Assembly (NCBI GenBank): GCA_026625185.1
Contig: CP113000.1
Span: 495,622 to 527,621, forward strand
DNA: 32,000 nt
Source of the DNA: Thermodesulfobacteriota bacterium
GTDB lineage: Bacteria > Desulfobacterota > WTBG01 > JAGOGO01
Direction: 5' to 3'
Shown here: piece by piece, positions 1-8,188 of the stretch
Numbering within the stretch: position 1 is the stretch's first letter
How the letters are laid out: each line of letters opens with the position of its first letter
The notes under the pieces: generated by a model
Seen by the model: only the letters and a program-made list of their open reading frames with translations
Told to the model about the DNA's origin: nothing
Databases searched by the model: none
Made by a program: the position numbers and the translations under genes

Positions 1-587
1 CTAAGGTATTGGATCGAGCCAACGTGATTGAATTTCGCGTTGATACAGACCAAATGGAAAAATTTCTTAGTTCCCCGGGTGGGTTGTCTCTTGAATTACT
101 GAAAGGCAAAGGGTCAGCTTTTGGTAGATCTTTTGTAAGTGCAGCAAAGCTCGGAAATGTTGCTATCGAAAAAATCGCTCGTCATACAGAATCGGATTCC
201 ATGCGAATCCTCTCGGAAGACGAAACCCCTTTAGATGTTGAAGAACCTGTTTCCATAAAACTCAGGAAAGACCTTTCAGAGGTATTCAACGTCCTGGCTA
301 AGGTCGGCGCAGAATTTGGTTATCGCACGGTATTCGAGATGAGTCGATTTATCTATTATTACACTCTGATATACGGCAAGGAAGCCAGGTACCTAGATGC
401 TTTTGATGTACAGCTTATGCAAAAACTTTTGCCGAAGTTAAATGGATCAATTCGTAAATTGGGGCCTGTGCTTGAAAGTCTCCAGGAAGTCTGCGCAAAG
501 CATGATCTTCGGATCAGCTTGGAAAAAATCCAGCGAATGAGTCGCAACCTTGACCAAAACGGATTTACGAGTTACGCCGAGGCCTAG
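1..587 (+). CDS. McrB-like AAA+ (AAA_5) NTPase, C-terminal fragment; 5' end outside window
   Basis: The frame is open back to base 3 (KVLDRANVIEF...), so the listed TTG start at 9 is an artefact of the window edge. 'LDRANVIEF' resembles the C-terminal AAA_5/McrB region. The stop (585-587) lies 2 nt before the GTG of a McrC-like partner. Confidence 0.5.
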   Translation, partial: KVLDRANVIEFRVDTDQMEKFLSSPGGLSLELLKGKGSAFGRSFVSAAKLGNVAIEKIARHTESDSMRILSEDETPLDVEEPVSIKLRKDLSEVFNVLAKVGAEFGYRTVFEMSRFIYYYTLIYGKEARYLDAFDVQLMQKLLPKLNGSIRKLGPVLESLQEVCAKHDLRISLEKIQRMSRNLDQNGFTSYAEA

Positions 588-589
588 TC

Positions 590-2950
590 GTGCCACTGCT
601 TGAACATACTGCTGAATTCCCAGGTTCTGGCCACCCACCGATAACAATCTCAATCTATCCTAAAGTCCCAGCCGCCGGTGGACAGGATAGCCTTATAGTA
701 ATAGACCGGTCCCTAAAATATGTTGCGGGCGAAGAAGCCGACATTCAGCTTTTAGAGTCCTGCGAATACGAATTTGAGTTAAGTTCTCCTGGCTATTTAG
801 TGACAACATCGTATGAGTCTGACCGTATTATCATTCCTAGCCGAATAAAACGAGGTAAGCTCTCTGGCACACTTCGTCCCGGGCTATTTGTTGGTTGCCT
901 TGACCTGCTTCTTCTAGATAACCAAAAGAATGTCATATCTAGTTTGCCGGTTGAAATCAGATCAGTGAAACTGTCTTACCGTAATGATTTTCGCAACATG
1001 TTGGATTTCATCATGGAAAAAAGCCTTGGGCTTTTACTTCAAATACGTTCTCCAGCCACAGGAATGCTCACACCAGACCCGGGCCGAACTGCAGAAACCA
1101 TTGCACAACGTTTCGCGTTTCTACGTTCATTAATAGGGTCCAGGGAGTTTCAGGACTCCATAACTCGGATAGCAGTGCTACCCCACTCCCACCTGGAGTG
1201 CCGCGAAATAAAGGTGCCTGTTTCGCGATCATTTAGAGGGACTAAGCGGACCGCAAAGGAACTTGCGAGAGGCTCTCAAAGATTGCAACTTCCTAAAGAG
1301 CATCCCCTCACTGAAATTCTTGACACAGCACCCGTATCTATTGTTATTCATCGCAAGAAAACAACAATAGATACTCCTGAAAACCGCTTCGTCAAATTCG
1401 CCCTTAGGTCATTCCTGACCTTTCTAAACCGCATGAAAAATAGGCTGGAACAGATAGGTGAAAAAACTACGTCTGCTTTATATCATGATGTGGAAGCCCT
1501 TGAGGAAAATCTTGAAGCGATCCTCTACCGCCCTTTCTTCAAGGAAATATCCGATCCGTCAATACTCTCTCTAGGTAGTCCAGTTCTGCAGCAAAAAGGA
1601 GGCTACAGGGAGCTACTTCGGGCTTGGCTGTATTTTGATCTTGCAGCCCGACTCAGTTGGTCTGGAGGGGAAGACGCTTTTAAGGCTGGTCGCAGGGACA
1701 TAGCGATGTTATATGAATATTGGGTTTTCTTCAAACTACTTGATATTATGGGTCAAACATTTGACCTCGAAACTCCTCCCGCGCAAGAACTGGTTACCGA
1801 GACGCCAGATGGTTTCGAATTGAGGTTAAAGGCAGGCGAGTATACCGTCATCAATGCCATTTGTGAGAGATTCGGAAGAAGATTAAATGTTCGTTTTTGT
1901 TACAACCGCACGTTCTCGCGTCATGGGTCTGATGGAATGACCAATTATCCGAAAGCAGGCTCATGGAGTGAAAGAATGAGACCTGACTACACCTTAACAT
2001 TATGGCCAGAACCGTTTACTGAGCTTCAGGCCGAGAATCAGGAACTAATCGTTCATATTCATTTTGATGCCAAGTACAGGGTAGATAATCTTGCGGATTT
2101 GTTTGGCGAAAGCGACAGTGAGCTTGTTGCAAAAATTGACGAACAAATGACTTTGGAAAAGAAAGCTCAAAGGGAGGGAACCTACAAGAGGGCTGACCTA
2201 CTGAAGATGCATGCATACCGTGATGCAATTCGACGGACGGCTGGAGCCTATGTAATATATCCGGGATATCACAAAAGAGTGTGGAGGGGATTCCATGAAA
2301 TCCTTCCTGGACTTGGTGCCTTTCCGTTGCGCCCCGTGGCAAAAGGAGATGACGGAAGCCATGAATTGGAAGAGTTTATCAATCAGGTTGTCGAGCACAT
2401 ATGCGATCGGGCGACCCGACGCGAGCAGGAGAGCTATCATCGCTGGAAAATTAATGAAAATAGTTCGCCCTATCCTGTAAAAGGATGGATGCCAGAATAT
2501 ATTCAGACCCCAGAAGAAAGGCATTCTCCCCCACAAGACACATACGTGTTAATCGGTTTTTACAAGGATGCCCGTCATCTTGATTGGATAAGAATATCAG
2601 GACATTATGAACTCGGCATAGGAGGTTTAGAAGGTCTTGTATCGCTCAACCCAAATATGGCTGGGGCTAGGTATCTCTTATTGCGCTCAGAAGACATGAA
2701 ATGCCGAAATGGGCTGATGTTAATAAATTCAAACGGTCCCCAAATATTTTCAAAGCAGGAACTTATAAACATCGGATATCCTCATGAACCGCAGTCTAAT
2801 TTCTACTTTGTTTTCAGTGTCAACGATGCACCAGCTTTTGGTATTTATTCCTGGGATTTAAATTTGCTGGGTGATAAGATTCCGGACCTTTCAAATGCCA
2901 ATCTCACCATAGCCCTGGATACGTTGCTTAGCATAGCAGCTTCCAGGTGA
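590..2950 (+). CDS. McrC-like / DUF2357-type PD-(D/E)xK nuclease subunit with extra C-terminal domain
   Basis: 786 aa, tightly coupled to the upstream ATPase. Nuclease core 'RPDYTLTLW ... IVHIHFDAKYR' (D ... D-A-K) is followed by 'LLKMHAYRDAI', as in McrC-family partners of McrB-like ATPases. A further ~230 aa (YVLIGFYKDARHLDWI ... YLLLRS ...) has no function I recognise. Confidence 0.7.
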   Translation: MPLLEHTAEFPGSGHPPITISIYPKVPAAGGQDSLIVIDRSLKYVAGEEADIQLLESCEYEFELSSPGYLVTTSYESDRIIIPSRIKRGKLSGTLRPGLFVGCLDLLLLDNQKNVISSLPVEIRSVKLSYRNDFRNMLDFIMEKSLGLLLQIRSPATGMLTPDPGRTAETIAQRFAFLRSLIGSREFQDSITRIAVLPHSHLECREIKVPVSRSFRGTKRTAKELARGSQRLQLPKEHPLTEILDTAPVSIVIHRKKTTIDTPENRFVKFALRSFLTFLNRMKNRLEQIGEKTTSALYHDVEALEENLEAILYRPFFKEISDPSILSLGSPVLQQKGGYRELLRAWLYFDLAARLSWSGGEDAFKAGRRDIAMLYEYWVFFKLLDIMGQTFDLETPPAQELVTETPDGFELRLKAGEYTVINAICERFGRRLNVRFCYNRTFSRHGSDGMTNYPKAGSWSERMRPDYTLTLWPEPFTELQAENQELIVHIHFDAKYRVDNLADLFGESDSELVAKIDEQMTLEKKAQREGTYKRADLLKMHAYRDAIRRTAGAYVIYPGYHKRVWRGFHEILPGLGAFPLRPVAKGDDGSHELEEFINQVVEHICDRATRREQESYHRWKINENSSPYPVKGWMPEYIQTPEERHSPPQDTYVLIGFYKDARHLDWIRISGHYELGIGGLEGLVSLNPNMAGARYLLLRSEDMKCRNGLMLINSNGPQIFSKQELINIGYPHEPQSNFYFVFSVNDAPAFGIYSWDLNLLGDKIPDLSNANLTIALDTLLSIAASR

Positions 2951-3009
2951 CCTTGGTGAGCCGGTTATTATTAAAGTACAACTTGCATTAAAATGACTGA
3001 GGAGTTCTT

Positions 3010-3240
3010 ATGGCAAAACGGTCTGAAGGGATAAGACGACTTGTAATGGCGAGTTCAGTGTTAGCTGTCATGTGTTGGATTGTATTTGCAGCAATAGACA
3101 GTCATTTTTTTTATAAATTCACACCAATTCTTTGGTTGGTTGTCGCAGTTGGAGCGGTCATCGCATACTTTATTCCAAAATTAATATGCATCATTATTTA
3201 TTGGATTATGGAGGGTTTTAGAAAAGATAGAGGCAAATGA
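3010..3240 (+). CDS. small two-TM membrane protein, hypothetical
   Basis: 76 aa. SD-like gaggag sits 5 nt upstream of the ATG. Two hydrophobic helices (VMASSVLAVMCWIVFAAI; ILWLVVAVGAVIAYFIPKLICIIIYWI). No attC-like site separates it from the McrBC-like pair. Confidence 0.5.
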   Translation: MAKRSEGIRRLVMASSVLAVMCWIVFAAIDSHFFYKFTPILWLVVAVGAVIAYFIPKLICIIIYWIMEGFRKDRGK

Positions 3241-3295
3241 ACTCGTACTGCCCTTGAAGCGAAGAGGAAAAGGCAGCCTGTTCGAAGAAGGGGAT

Positions 3296-3359
3296 GTCCA
3301 TAAAATCATAAAATTCTTAACAACTGGTCTTATACGGACCAATATAAACATTGTTAGCT
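3296..3359 (+). repeat. attC-like site, family-1 copy A
   Basis: TTAACAA (3317-3323) is complementary to TTGTTAG (3351-3357). Inner hairpin tggtc-ttatac-gacca. Core GTTAGCT at 3353-3359. Conserved left extension gtccataaaatcataaaatt. The EVE-nuclease gene starts 26 nt later. Confidence 0.55.
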
Positions 3360-3384
3360 ATCCTGATTTTTTGTAGGAGGCAAT

Positions 3385-4398
3385 ATGAATACAAACCGTA
3401 AATCACCCTTCTTACTTAATGGGGTGGTGGCAAATTGGGTCATAGGGAAGACGAAGGGAATCTGGGGGCTCCCGCTAAAGGGACTGACATGGGACTGTGC
3501 GATAGCCCACCTACAAGAACTTGGATTCATCGCAGGTTCCGAAGTCTTGGCCATTTCAGGCCCCAAGGCTCATTTTAGGGCTGTCATCGGGAGCGCCCGT
3601 GGTGTTTATTTTGACACGAGTCCACTATGGCCATTCGGTCGGGGTAGAGAAATCTATCCTGTCAGGATTGAACTGACCAATATCCAGGATATAAATCAGG
3701 ATTGGTTCAACGGGCCCAAAGGTGACTTATGGCGCGTACCATTACAGGACGTATATTTTTCAAAGAGAAGTCTCTATGTCCTCCCTCCTCAGAGTTTTAA
3801 ATACCCTCATGTCAACCAAACCACCGTTTTTGGCACTGCACCCCACAGTTCGGGCGTCCCTCCTACATCTGTTTCGGACTTCATTTCCCTTGAAGATGGC
3901 ACTGCACAGGCATTTTCCCAATTCGGCTTTAAGATTGAACAATTGGGCCACAAACGGCCTTTGGAACGCGTTCCCGATGGCATTGGTATGTTACAACGAT
4001 CCCTTGCCAATTACGCAAAGACCTTGAACGCTAGTCCCTATTTTGTTGTCTGGGACTGTAAATATGACTGTGGCCCCAACGGCCTGAAAGCAGCAGACGA
4101 ACGAGCCATCAAAGAGTACATTGAAACCTACGCTCCAACAAGAAAGGCTGAGGCTGACGCTGGCGTGTTTTGGTTTCTGATTGTCGCCCGCGATAAAGCA
4201 GTTGCAGATAAGGTCTACTCCGGAGTTTCTCAATGGACATGGGTCGGTGAATGTCACCGGCTTGGGCTACGGGGTCTTCGAGTTATCTCTTTATCCACTT
4301 TATTGGGCCTAGTCAAGACCCGCCAATCAGTGGTTGACACAGATGATTTCTTGTTAAGTCTGCTGCCGCGCGAATTTGCCAAACCCTATCTTGGGTAG
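3385..4398 (+). CDS. EVE (PUA-like) domain fused to PD-(D/E)xK restriction-endonuclease-like domain
   Basis: SD aggagg at 3375-3380. The N-terminal ~110 aa fit the archaeal-type EVE pattern (NWVIGKTKGIWGLP ... GSEVLAISGP..FRAVIGSARGVYFD..PLWP ... YPVRIEL). The C-terminal half has 'VPDGIG ... FVVWDCKYD' (PD ... D-x-K). Confidence 0.6.
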   Translation: MNTNRKSPFLLNGVVANWVIGKTKGIWGLPLKGLTWDCAIAHLQELGFIAGSEVLAISGPKAHFRAVIGSARGVYFDTSPLWPFGRGREIYPVRIELTNIQDINQDWFNGPKGDLWRVPLQDVYFSKRSLYVLPPQSFKYPHVNQTTVFGTAPHSSGVPPTSVSDFISLEDGTAQAFSQFGFKIEQLGHKRPLERVPDGIGMLQRSLANYAKTLNASPYFVVWDCKYDCGPNGLKAADERAIKEYIETYAPTRKAEADAGVFWFLIVARDKAVADKVYSGVSQWTWVGECHRLGLRGLRVISLSTLLGLVKTRQSVVDTDDFLLSLLPREFAKPYLG

Positions 4399-4404
4399 GG
4401 CAAT

Positions 4405-4469
4405 AGCTAACGCTGCGGTTGCACAAGGACCGTTCGTGACCACGGGGTTTGTGAGCCGTTGCGTTAGGA
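4405..4469 (+). repeat. integron attC site
   Basis: AGCTAAC (4405-4411) ... GTTAGGA (4463-4469). CTAACGC pairs with GCGTTAG (7 bp). An inner stem CGGTT/CACAA vs TTGTG/AGCCG has one bulged G. Length 65 bp. It starts 7 nt after the stop of the upstream gene, and the next gene starts 25 nt after it. Confidence 0.7.
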
Positions 4470-4493
4470 ACTTTATTATAATGGAGGTATTTA

Positions 4494-5411
4494 ATGGCCA
4501 ATCTTTTTTGGAAGACCCCCAAAGGTGTCTCAGCATTGTTAGCTACTCCCTTTAAGTCTGAAGAAGAATTTGAAAAAATAATCTTCGAGTCATCTGAAGT
4601 CCTAGAAGATATTTTTCTTCTGAAACGTCAGGTTAGAGGAGGTGCAAAGCCAGGTATTCCTGATATTCTCGGTCTAGACAGTGATGGTAATATCTGCATA
4701 ATTGAGTTGAAGAATACAACAGTTGATGCTTCAATAATTCCACAAGTACTACAATATGCCTTCTGGGCGGAACGAAACCCAGATTCAATCAAAAGTCTTT
4801 GGCTGGAAAAAGAAGAAAGACCAGATGATCTTGAAATAAGCTGGGATAACCTCCAAGTTAGGATTATTATTATTGCCCCTTCCATTCTTCGGTCAACCCT
4901 TGGTCTTGTCAATAAGATCAACTACACCGTGGATCTCATTGAACTGAAAAGATGGGTTGAGGGTGATAGCCAGTTTATGCTGGTGAATAAACTTGAAGAA
5001 GTTGAAAAAGTGTCAAAAGCAAAACCAGTAAGTGGCCTTCAGCACTATGATGAGATGTTCTACAAAGGACACTATAACAGCAAGAGCGCAGAACACTTTA
5101 TAAGGTATATCAGGGAGGTGGAGAAACTTGTCCATAGCGAAAAGTGGCCACTCGAGACCAAATTTAATAAATCCTACTGCGGGTTCAAAGCAGGTTTTTT
5201 CAATGCCTTTGGCATTAAATGGATTGGGTCAAAGACCTTTGCATTCTTTTTTAAATTGCCAAACAAAGAAGCAGAACGAATTAAAAAGGGCATGACCAAG
5301 TACGAGACTCCATGGAAGGAGGCAGTTTATTACATTGATCCAACAAAGACTAAAGTTGTCGACTTCAAGCCATTGTTCGAGGCCGCATTCAAGAGACTTA
5401 CAGGAGATTAA
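4494..5411 (+). CDS. NucS/DUF91-like PD-(D/E)xK nuclease with unrelated C-terminal domain
   Basis: SD ggagg at 4483-4487. 'GIPDILGLDSDGNICIIELKNTTVDASIIPQVLQYAFW' matches D ... E-x-K ... Q..Y of NucS/RecB-like nuclease domains. The C-terminal ~130 aa (KFNKSYCGFKAGFFNAFGIKWIGSKTFAFFFKL) resemble DUF4268/DUF5655-type modules (tentative). Confidence 0.65.
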   Translation: MANLFWKTPKGVSALLATPFKSEEEFEKIIFESSEVLEDIFLLKRQVRGGAKPGIPDILGLDSDGNICIIELKNTTVDASIIPQVLQYAFWAERNPDSIKSLWLEKEERPDDLEISWDNLQVRIIIIAPSILRSTLGLVNKINYTVDLIELKRWVEGDSQFMLVNKLEEVEKVSKAKPVSGLQHYDEMFYKGHYNSKSAEHFIRYIREVEKLVHSEKWPLETKFNKSYCGFKAGFFNAFGIKWIGSKTFAFFFKLPNKEAERIKKGMTKYETPWKEAVYYIDPTKTKVVDFKPLFEAAFKRLTGD

Positions 5412-5412
5412 T

Positions 5413-5560
5413 GCCTGTAATAAATGGCTCTATCGGACGGCATACTGCCGCCGCTGATTTCAATCATTATAGCTGAAAAATGAATTATTCACATTTTCAA
5501 CATCGACATAATTTCGCATTATGGTGTGCTGCCCGTGCTGTGCAACGCACGGTGAGCTTG
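5413..5560 (+). repeat. possible long, degenerate attC site
   Basis: Canonical core GTTAGGC at 5554-5560, 61 nt before the next start codon. The left end has only a degenerate inverse core (GCCTGTAAT, 5413-5421) and arm complementarity is weak. There is an internal hairpin ccgtgc/gcacgg (5533-5551). Confidence 0.25.
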
Positions 5561-5621
5561 GTCGTTAGGCCCCTAATATGTTTTTTTGTGGAAACATTTT
5601 ATTAATAAAAGGAGGCTTTAC

Positions 5622-6716
5622 ATGCCGCTAGAAATCGGTATCTGGCGAATTGATAGTGGCCTGAAACAAGTGGACTTTGGGCCGCTGGATATTGAGTCGC
5701 GCTTGGAAGATATCCTAGACAACAATATTGGCATTGCTTCACCGAACTGGCATGTTATAGGGCGACAGGTACGCACTGATCATGGTTTTTTTATCGACTT
5801 GCTCGCAATCGACCGAGACGCTAACCTCGTCGTGATTGAGCTCAAACGTGATAGGACCCACCGCGATATAGTAGCCCAAGTGCTCGACTATGGTTCGTGG
5901 GTTCGGGATCTCAAGGATGACCGGATAGCTCAGATCTTCGATGAATACCAGAAACGATGGCATCCGGACAGAATTATGATTTCCATTGATGAGTCGTTCA
6001 AAAAGAAGTTCGGTATCGCAATGCCAGATGAAATGAATTCCTCTCATGAACTTGTGGTGGTAGCATCGAGTTTGGATCCGAGCACGGAGCGTGTAGTTCG
6101 CTACTTAGCTGACGAATATGATGTTCGTATCAATGCAGTTTTCTTCCGAGTGTTCCGTGATGGCGACCGCGAGTACTTGAGCAGGGCATGGTTCCGTGAT
6201 CCTGCTGAAGTGAGTGCAGGCATGGACGAAGAGACCGTCGCCGGTGAGTGGAACGAGGAGTACTATGTATCCTTCGGTTACGACACGGAAGTTGTGCGCG
6301 ATGGACTTAATAGGGGCTATCTCGTCGCTGGAGGCGGTTCGTGGTACTCGAAGACGCTTGCGATGCTCGAGCTCGGCGCACGCATTTGGGTGAATGTGCC
6401 CGGGTTAGGCTATGTCGGAGTTGGTAAGGTCACGCAAGAGATGCAGCCGGTCGACGAGTTTACCGTGACCGATCAGGCCGGCAAACAGGTGTCGATCATT
6501 GAAGTATCACCGGCAGCAGCATCGCTTAGGCGAGCGAAGGATGATCCTGAAAAGGCAGATTACTTGGTACGGGTCGAATGGCTGAAAACTGTCGACCCAA
6601 ACCAGGCCATCCACGAGAAAGGATTCTTCGGGAACCAGAACTCCGTTGCCCGGCCTCGTTCGCCAAAATGGAACCATACAGTAGAGCGTCTCAAAATACG
6701 ATTTGGGGTCGAGTAG
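5622..6716 (+). CDS. NucS/DUF91-like PD-(D/E)xK nuclease with C-terminal beta-rich (reader-like?) domain
   Basis: I prefer the ATG at 5622 (SD aaaggagg at 5608-5615) over the listed 5586 start. 'FIDLLAIDRDANLVVIELKRDRTHRDIVAQVLDYGSWV' is the same nuclease signature as in 4494-5411. The C-terminal 170 aa (GGGSWYSKTL..GARIWVNVPGLGYVGVGKV ... YLVRVEWLKTV) are of unknown function. The gene is visibly GC-richer than its neighbours. Confidence 0.65.
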   Translation: MPLEIGIWRIDSGLKQVDFGPLDIESRLEDILDNNIGIASPNWHVIGRQVRTDHGFFIDLLAIDRDANLVVIELKRDRTHRDIVAQVLDYGSWVRDLKDDRIAQIFDEYQKRWHPDRIMISIDESFKKKFGIAMPDEMNSSHELVVVASSLDPSTERVVRYLADEYDVRINAVFFRVFRDGDREYLSRAWFRDPAEVSAGMDEETVAGEWNEEYYVSFGYDTEVVRDGLNRGYLVAGGGSWYSKTLAMLELGARIWVNVPGLGYVGVGKVTQEMQPVDEFTVTDQAGKQVSIIEVSPAAASLRRAKDDPEKADYLVRVEWLKTVDPNQAIHEKGFFGNQNSVARPRSPKWNHTVERLKIRFGVE

Positions 6717-6737
6717 AGGAGGGGGTGAGAGATAGAA

Positions 6738-6791
6738 GTCCATAATCTTAACAACTGAGCCTTACGCGGATCAATATAAACATTGTTAATA
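6738..6791 (+). repeat. attC-like site, family-1 copy B
   Basis: gtccataat-CTTAACAAC (6747-6755), hairpin tgagcc-ttacgc-ggatca, then atataaacattGTTAATA (core 6785-6791). It matches copy A with a deletion in the left extension. Confidence 0.55.
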
Positions 6792-6804
6792 TCTTAAAAA
6801 CGAC

Positions 6805-7062
6805 ATGGTAAAAATCACACGATTTCCTGGTTGTAAAGAAAGACGGCGGCGCCTGAATCTGGCCGAAGGTCGCGTATCGTGCCAAGTGTCCTCTCGCTGG
6901 TTGCAGTTCCCTGAGAATGCCACCGCCCTTTCTGACGGCACATATCTGGTTGTTAACGTCATGACGCTCACGCCAGAGGAGAAAGAAAGAAAAATATGCG
7001 AGCTGGTACTTCTCAAGGAAGATCTGCTTGCCATACTTGAGAAATTGCCTACAAAAGAATGA
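6805..7062 (+). CDS. hypothetical small protein (weak call)
   Basis: 85-aa ORF. Only the C-terminal third (MTLTPEEKERKICELVLLKEDLLAILEKLPTKE) looks protein-like, so the true start may be the internal ATG. No recognisable domain. Confidence 0.3.
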   Translation: MVKITRFPGCKERRRRLNLAEGRVSCQVSSRWLQFPENATALSDGTYLVVNVMTLTPEEKERKICELVLLKEDLLAILEKLPTKE

Positions 7063-7090
7063 ACATATCTTGCATTCGCAATTTTGAATT

Positions 7091-7462
7091 ATGGACATCA
7101 CGGTAAAACATCTTGAGGAAGCATGTTTTGATCTCGCGCGCTCAACAAAAGGGGAGATGCGCCCCGTTGATATATCCGAGATAACAGACCTATCGAAAAA
7201 ATTTCTTGCAGTCGCGCTTCAGGAAGAAGAGATCGGCAGAGAACTCGGCGTAACAATCCCTTTACTAACAAGGGCGGTACATTATTTGCGGGAAGCACAT
7301 GCAATACCGCCAATGGGGGGAGACATAGTCTGGTTTAAGAATATGCTTACGGCTGTCCTTGAGATTGCCTGTCCCAATGCTGGCCTTGACGGTCAAGGAA
7401 AGGCCTTCTTGCGCGATCTCCTCAAGGGGATTGGCTCTTTTTTGGATGACAATGAAACCTAA
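7091..7462 (+). CDS. hypothetical protein
   Basis: 123-aa ORF with an unbiased helical-looking sequence, in the same cassette as 6805-7062. The stop codon lies inside an ACCTAAC inverse-core-like heptamer (7457-7463). Confidence 0.5.
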   Translation: MDITVKHLEEACFDLARSTKGEMRPVDISEITDLSKKFLAVALQEEEIGRELGVTIPLLTRAVHYLREAHAIPPMGGDIVWFKNMLTAVLEIACPNAGLDGQGKAFLRDLLKGIGSFLDDNET

Positions 7463-7471
7463 CAAGGGAAG

Positions 7472-7567
7472 GTCCCTAAAATTATAAAATTCTTAACAAC
7501 GGGGTTTTATGCCGACTAAAATCAATTATATGGGTGTTATATAGAAACCATATAAGCATTGTTAGGT
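7472..7567 (+). repeat. attC-like site, family-1 copy C
   Basis: gtccctaaaattataaaattCTTAACAAC (7492-7500), a ~50-nt variable hairpin (ggggttt ... aaacc), then atataagcattGTTAGGT. The core at 7561-7567 fits GTTRRRY exactly. Confidence 0.55.
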
Positions 7568-7585
7568 AGCTGAGAGAGCAGAGCA

Positions 7586-8068
7586 ATGGTCCTTTTTCTC
7601 AAAAACCTCTTATTCACGTTGGTCGTTCCGGGCACAGTCGGAGTCTTTCTCCCCCTAAAGATAGCCGGGGGTCATTCTTCCGCGTCAGGATTGGCCTTCG
7701 CGACCGCCTGCGCTTTTTTCGCTATAGCCACATCGATTTATTTGTGGTGCGTGTGGAATTTCGCTGTGTTTGGGCGTGGCACACCAGCGCCAATTGATCC
7801 TCCCAAGAAACTCATCATGCGCGGGCTCTATCGGTACACCCGAAATCCGATGTATTTGGGAGTCCTCACAGCGATCTTGGGTTGGGCAATCCTTTTTAGA
7901 GCTACGACCTTGGTCTTCTATGCCATGGTGGTGGGAGCTTGCTGCCATCTGTTCATTGTCTTCTATGAGGAGCCCCATCTTCAACGTACATTCGGGAAGG
8001 AGTACGACGATTACCGCGCTCAGGTGAACCGGTGGCTTCCAAAACCCTGGCACAAGTTGGGAGCTTAA
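7586..8068 (+). CDS. isoprenylcysteine carboxyl methyltransferase (ICMT/PEMT)-family membrane methyltransferase
   Basis: 160 aa with 4-5 TM helices. 'GLYRYTRNPMYLGVL' is the family signature, and it is followed by 'EEPHLQRTFGKEYDDYRAQV'. Confidence 0.7.
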   Translation: MVLFLKNLLFTLVVPGTVGVFLPLKIAGGHSSASGLAFATACAFFAIATSIYLWCVWNFAVFGRGTPAPIDPPKKLIMRGLYRYTRNPMYLGVLTAILGWAILFRATTLVFYAMVVGACCHLFIVFYEEPHLQRTFGKEYDDYRAQVNRWLPKPWHKLGA

Positions 8069-8139
8069 AAATTATAAGGCCTCCCGTTGTCACGAGAAAA
8101 AACTTTGGTTGGAGTATACACTCAAAAAAATTGTTAGCA
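8062..8139 (+). repeat. attC-like site, family-1 variant (type 2 left arm)
   Basis: The right arm aaaaaaattGTTAGCA (core 8133-8139) matches family 1. The left arm cttaaaaattataaggcctccc is shared with 10725-10738. ataaggcctcc is complementary to ggagggcctcat at 8146-8157. Confidence 0.4.
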
Positions 8140-8188
8140 CGTTGTGGAGGGCCTCATATGGTGTGTAAATTCGATTTTTCGGCATCCC
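8124..8188 (+). repeat. 65-bp repeat, copy 1 (shared upstream element of two protease cassettes)
   Basis: Aligns with 9017-9082. There is a 22-nt perfect block aaattcgatttttcggcatccc (8167-8188 = 9061-9082) plus the shared blocks ggagggc and tcatat. Confidence 0.7.

Noticed and set aside
6748-7101. 117-aa minus-strand ORF
   Set aside because: It reads through family-1 repeat copy B and has a Cys/Phe-rich implausible sequence with no SD. The plus-strand reading is marginally better.
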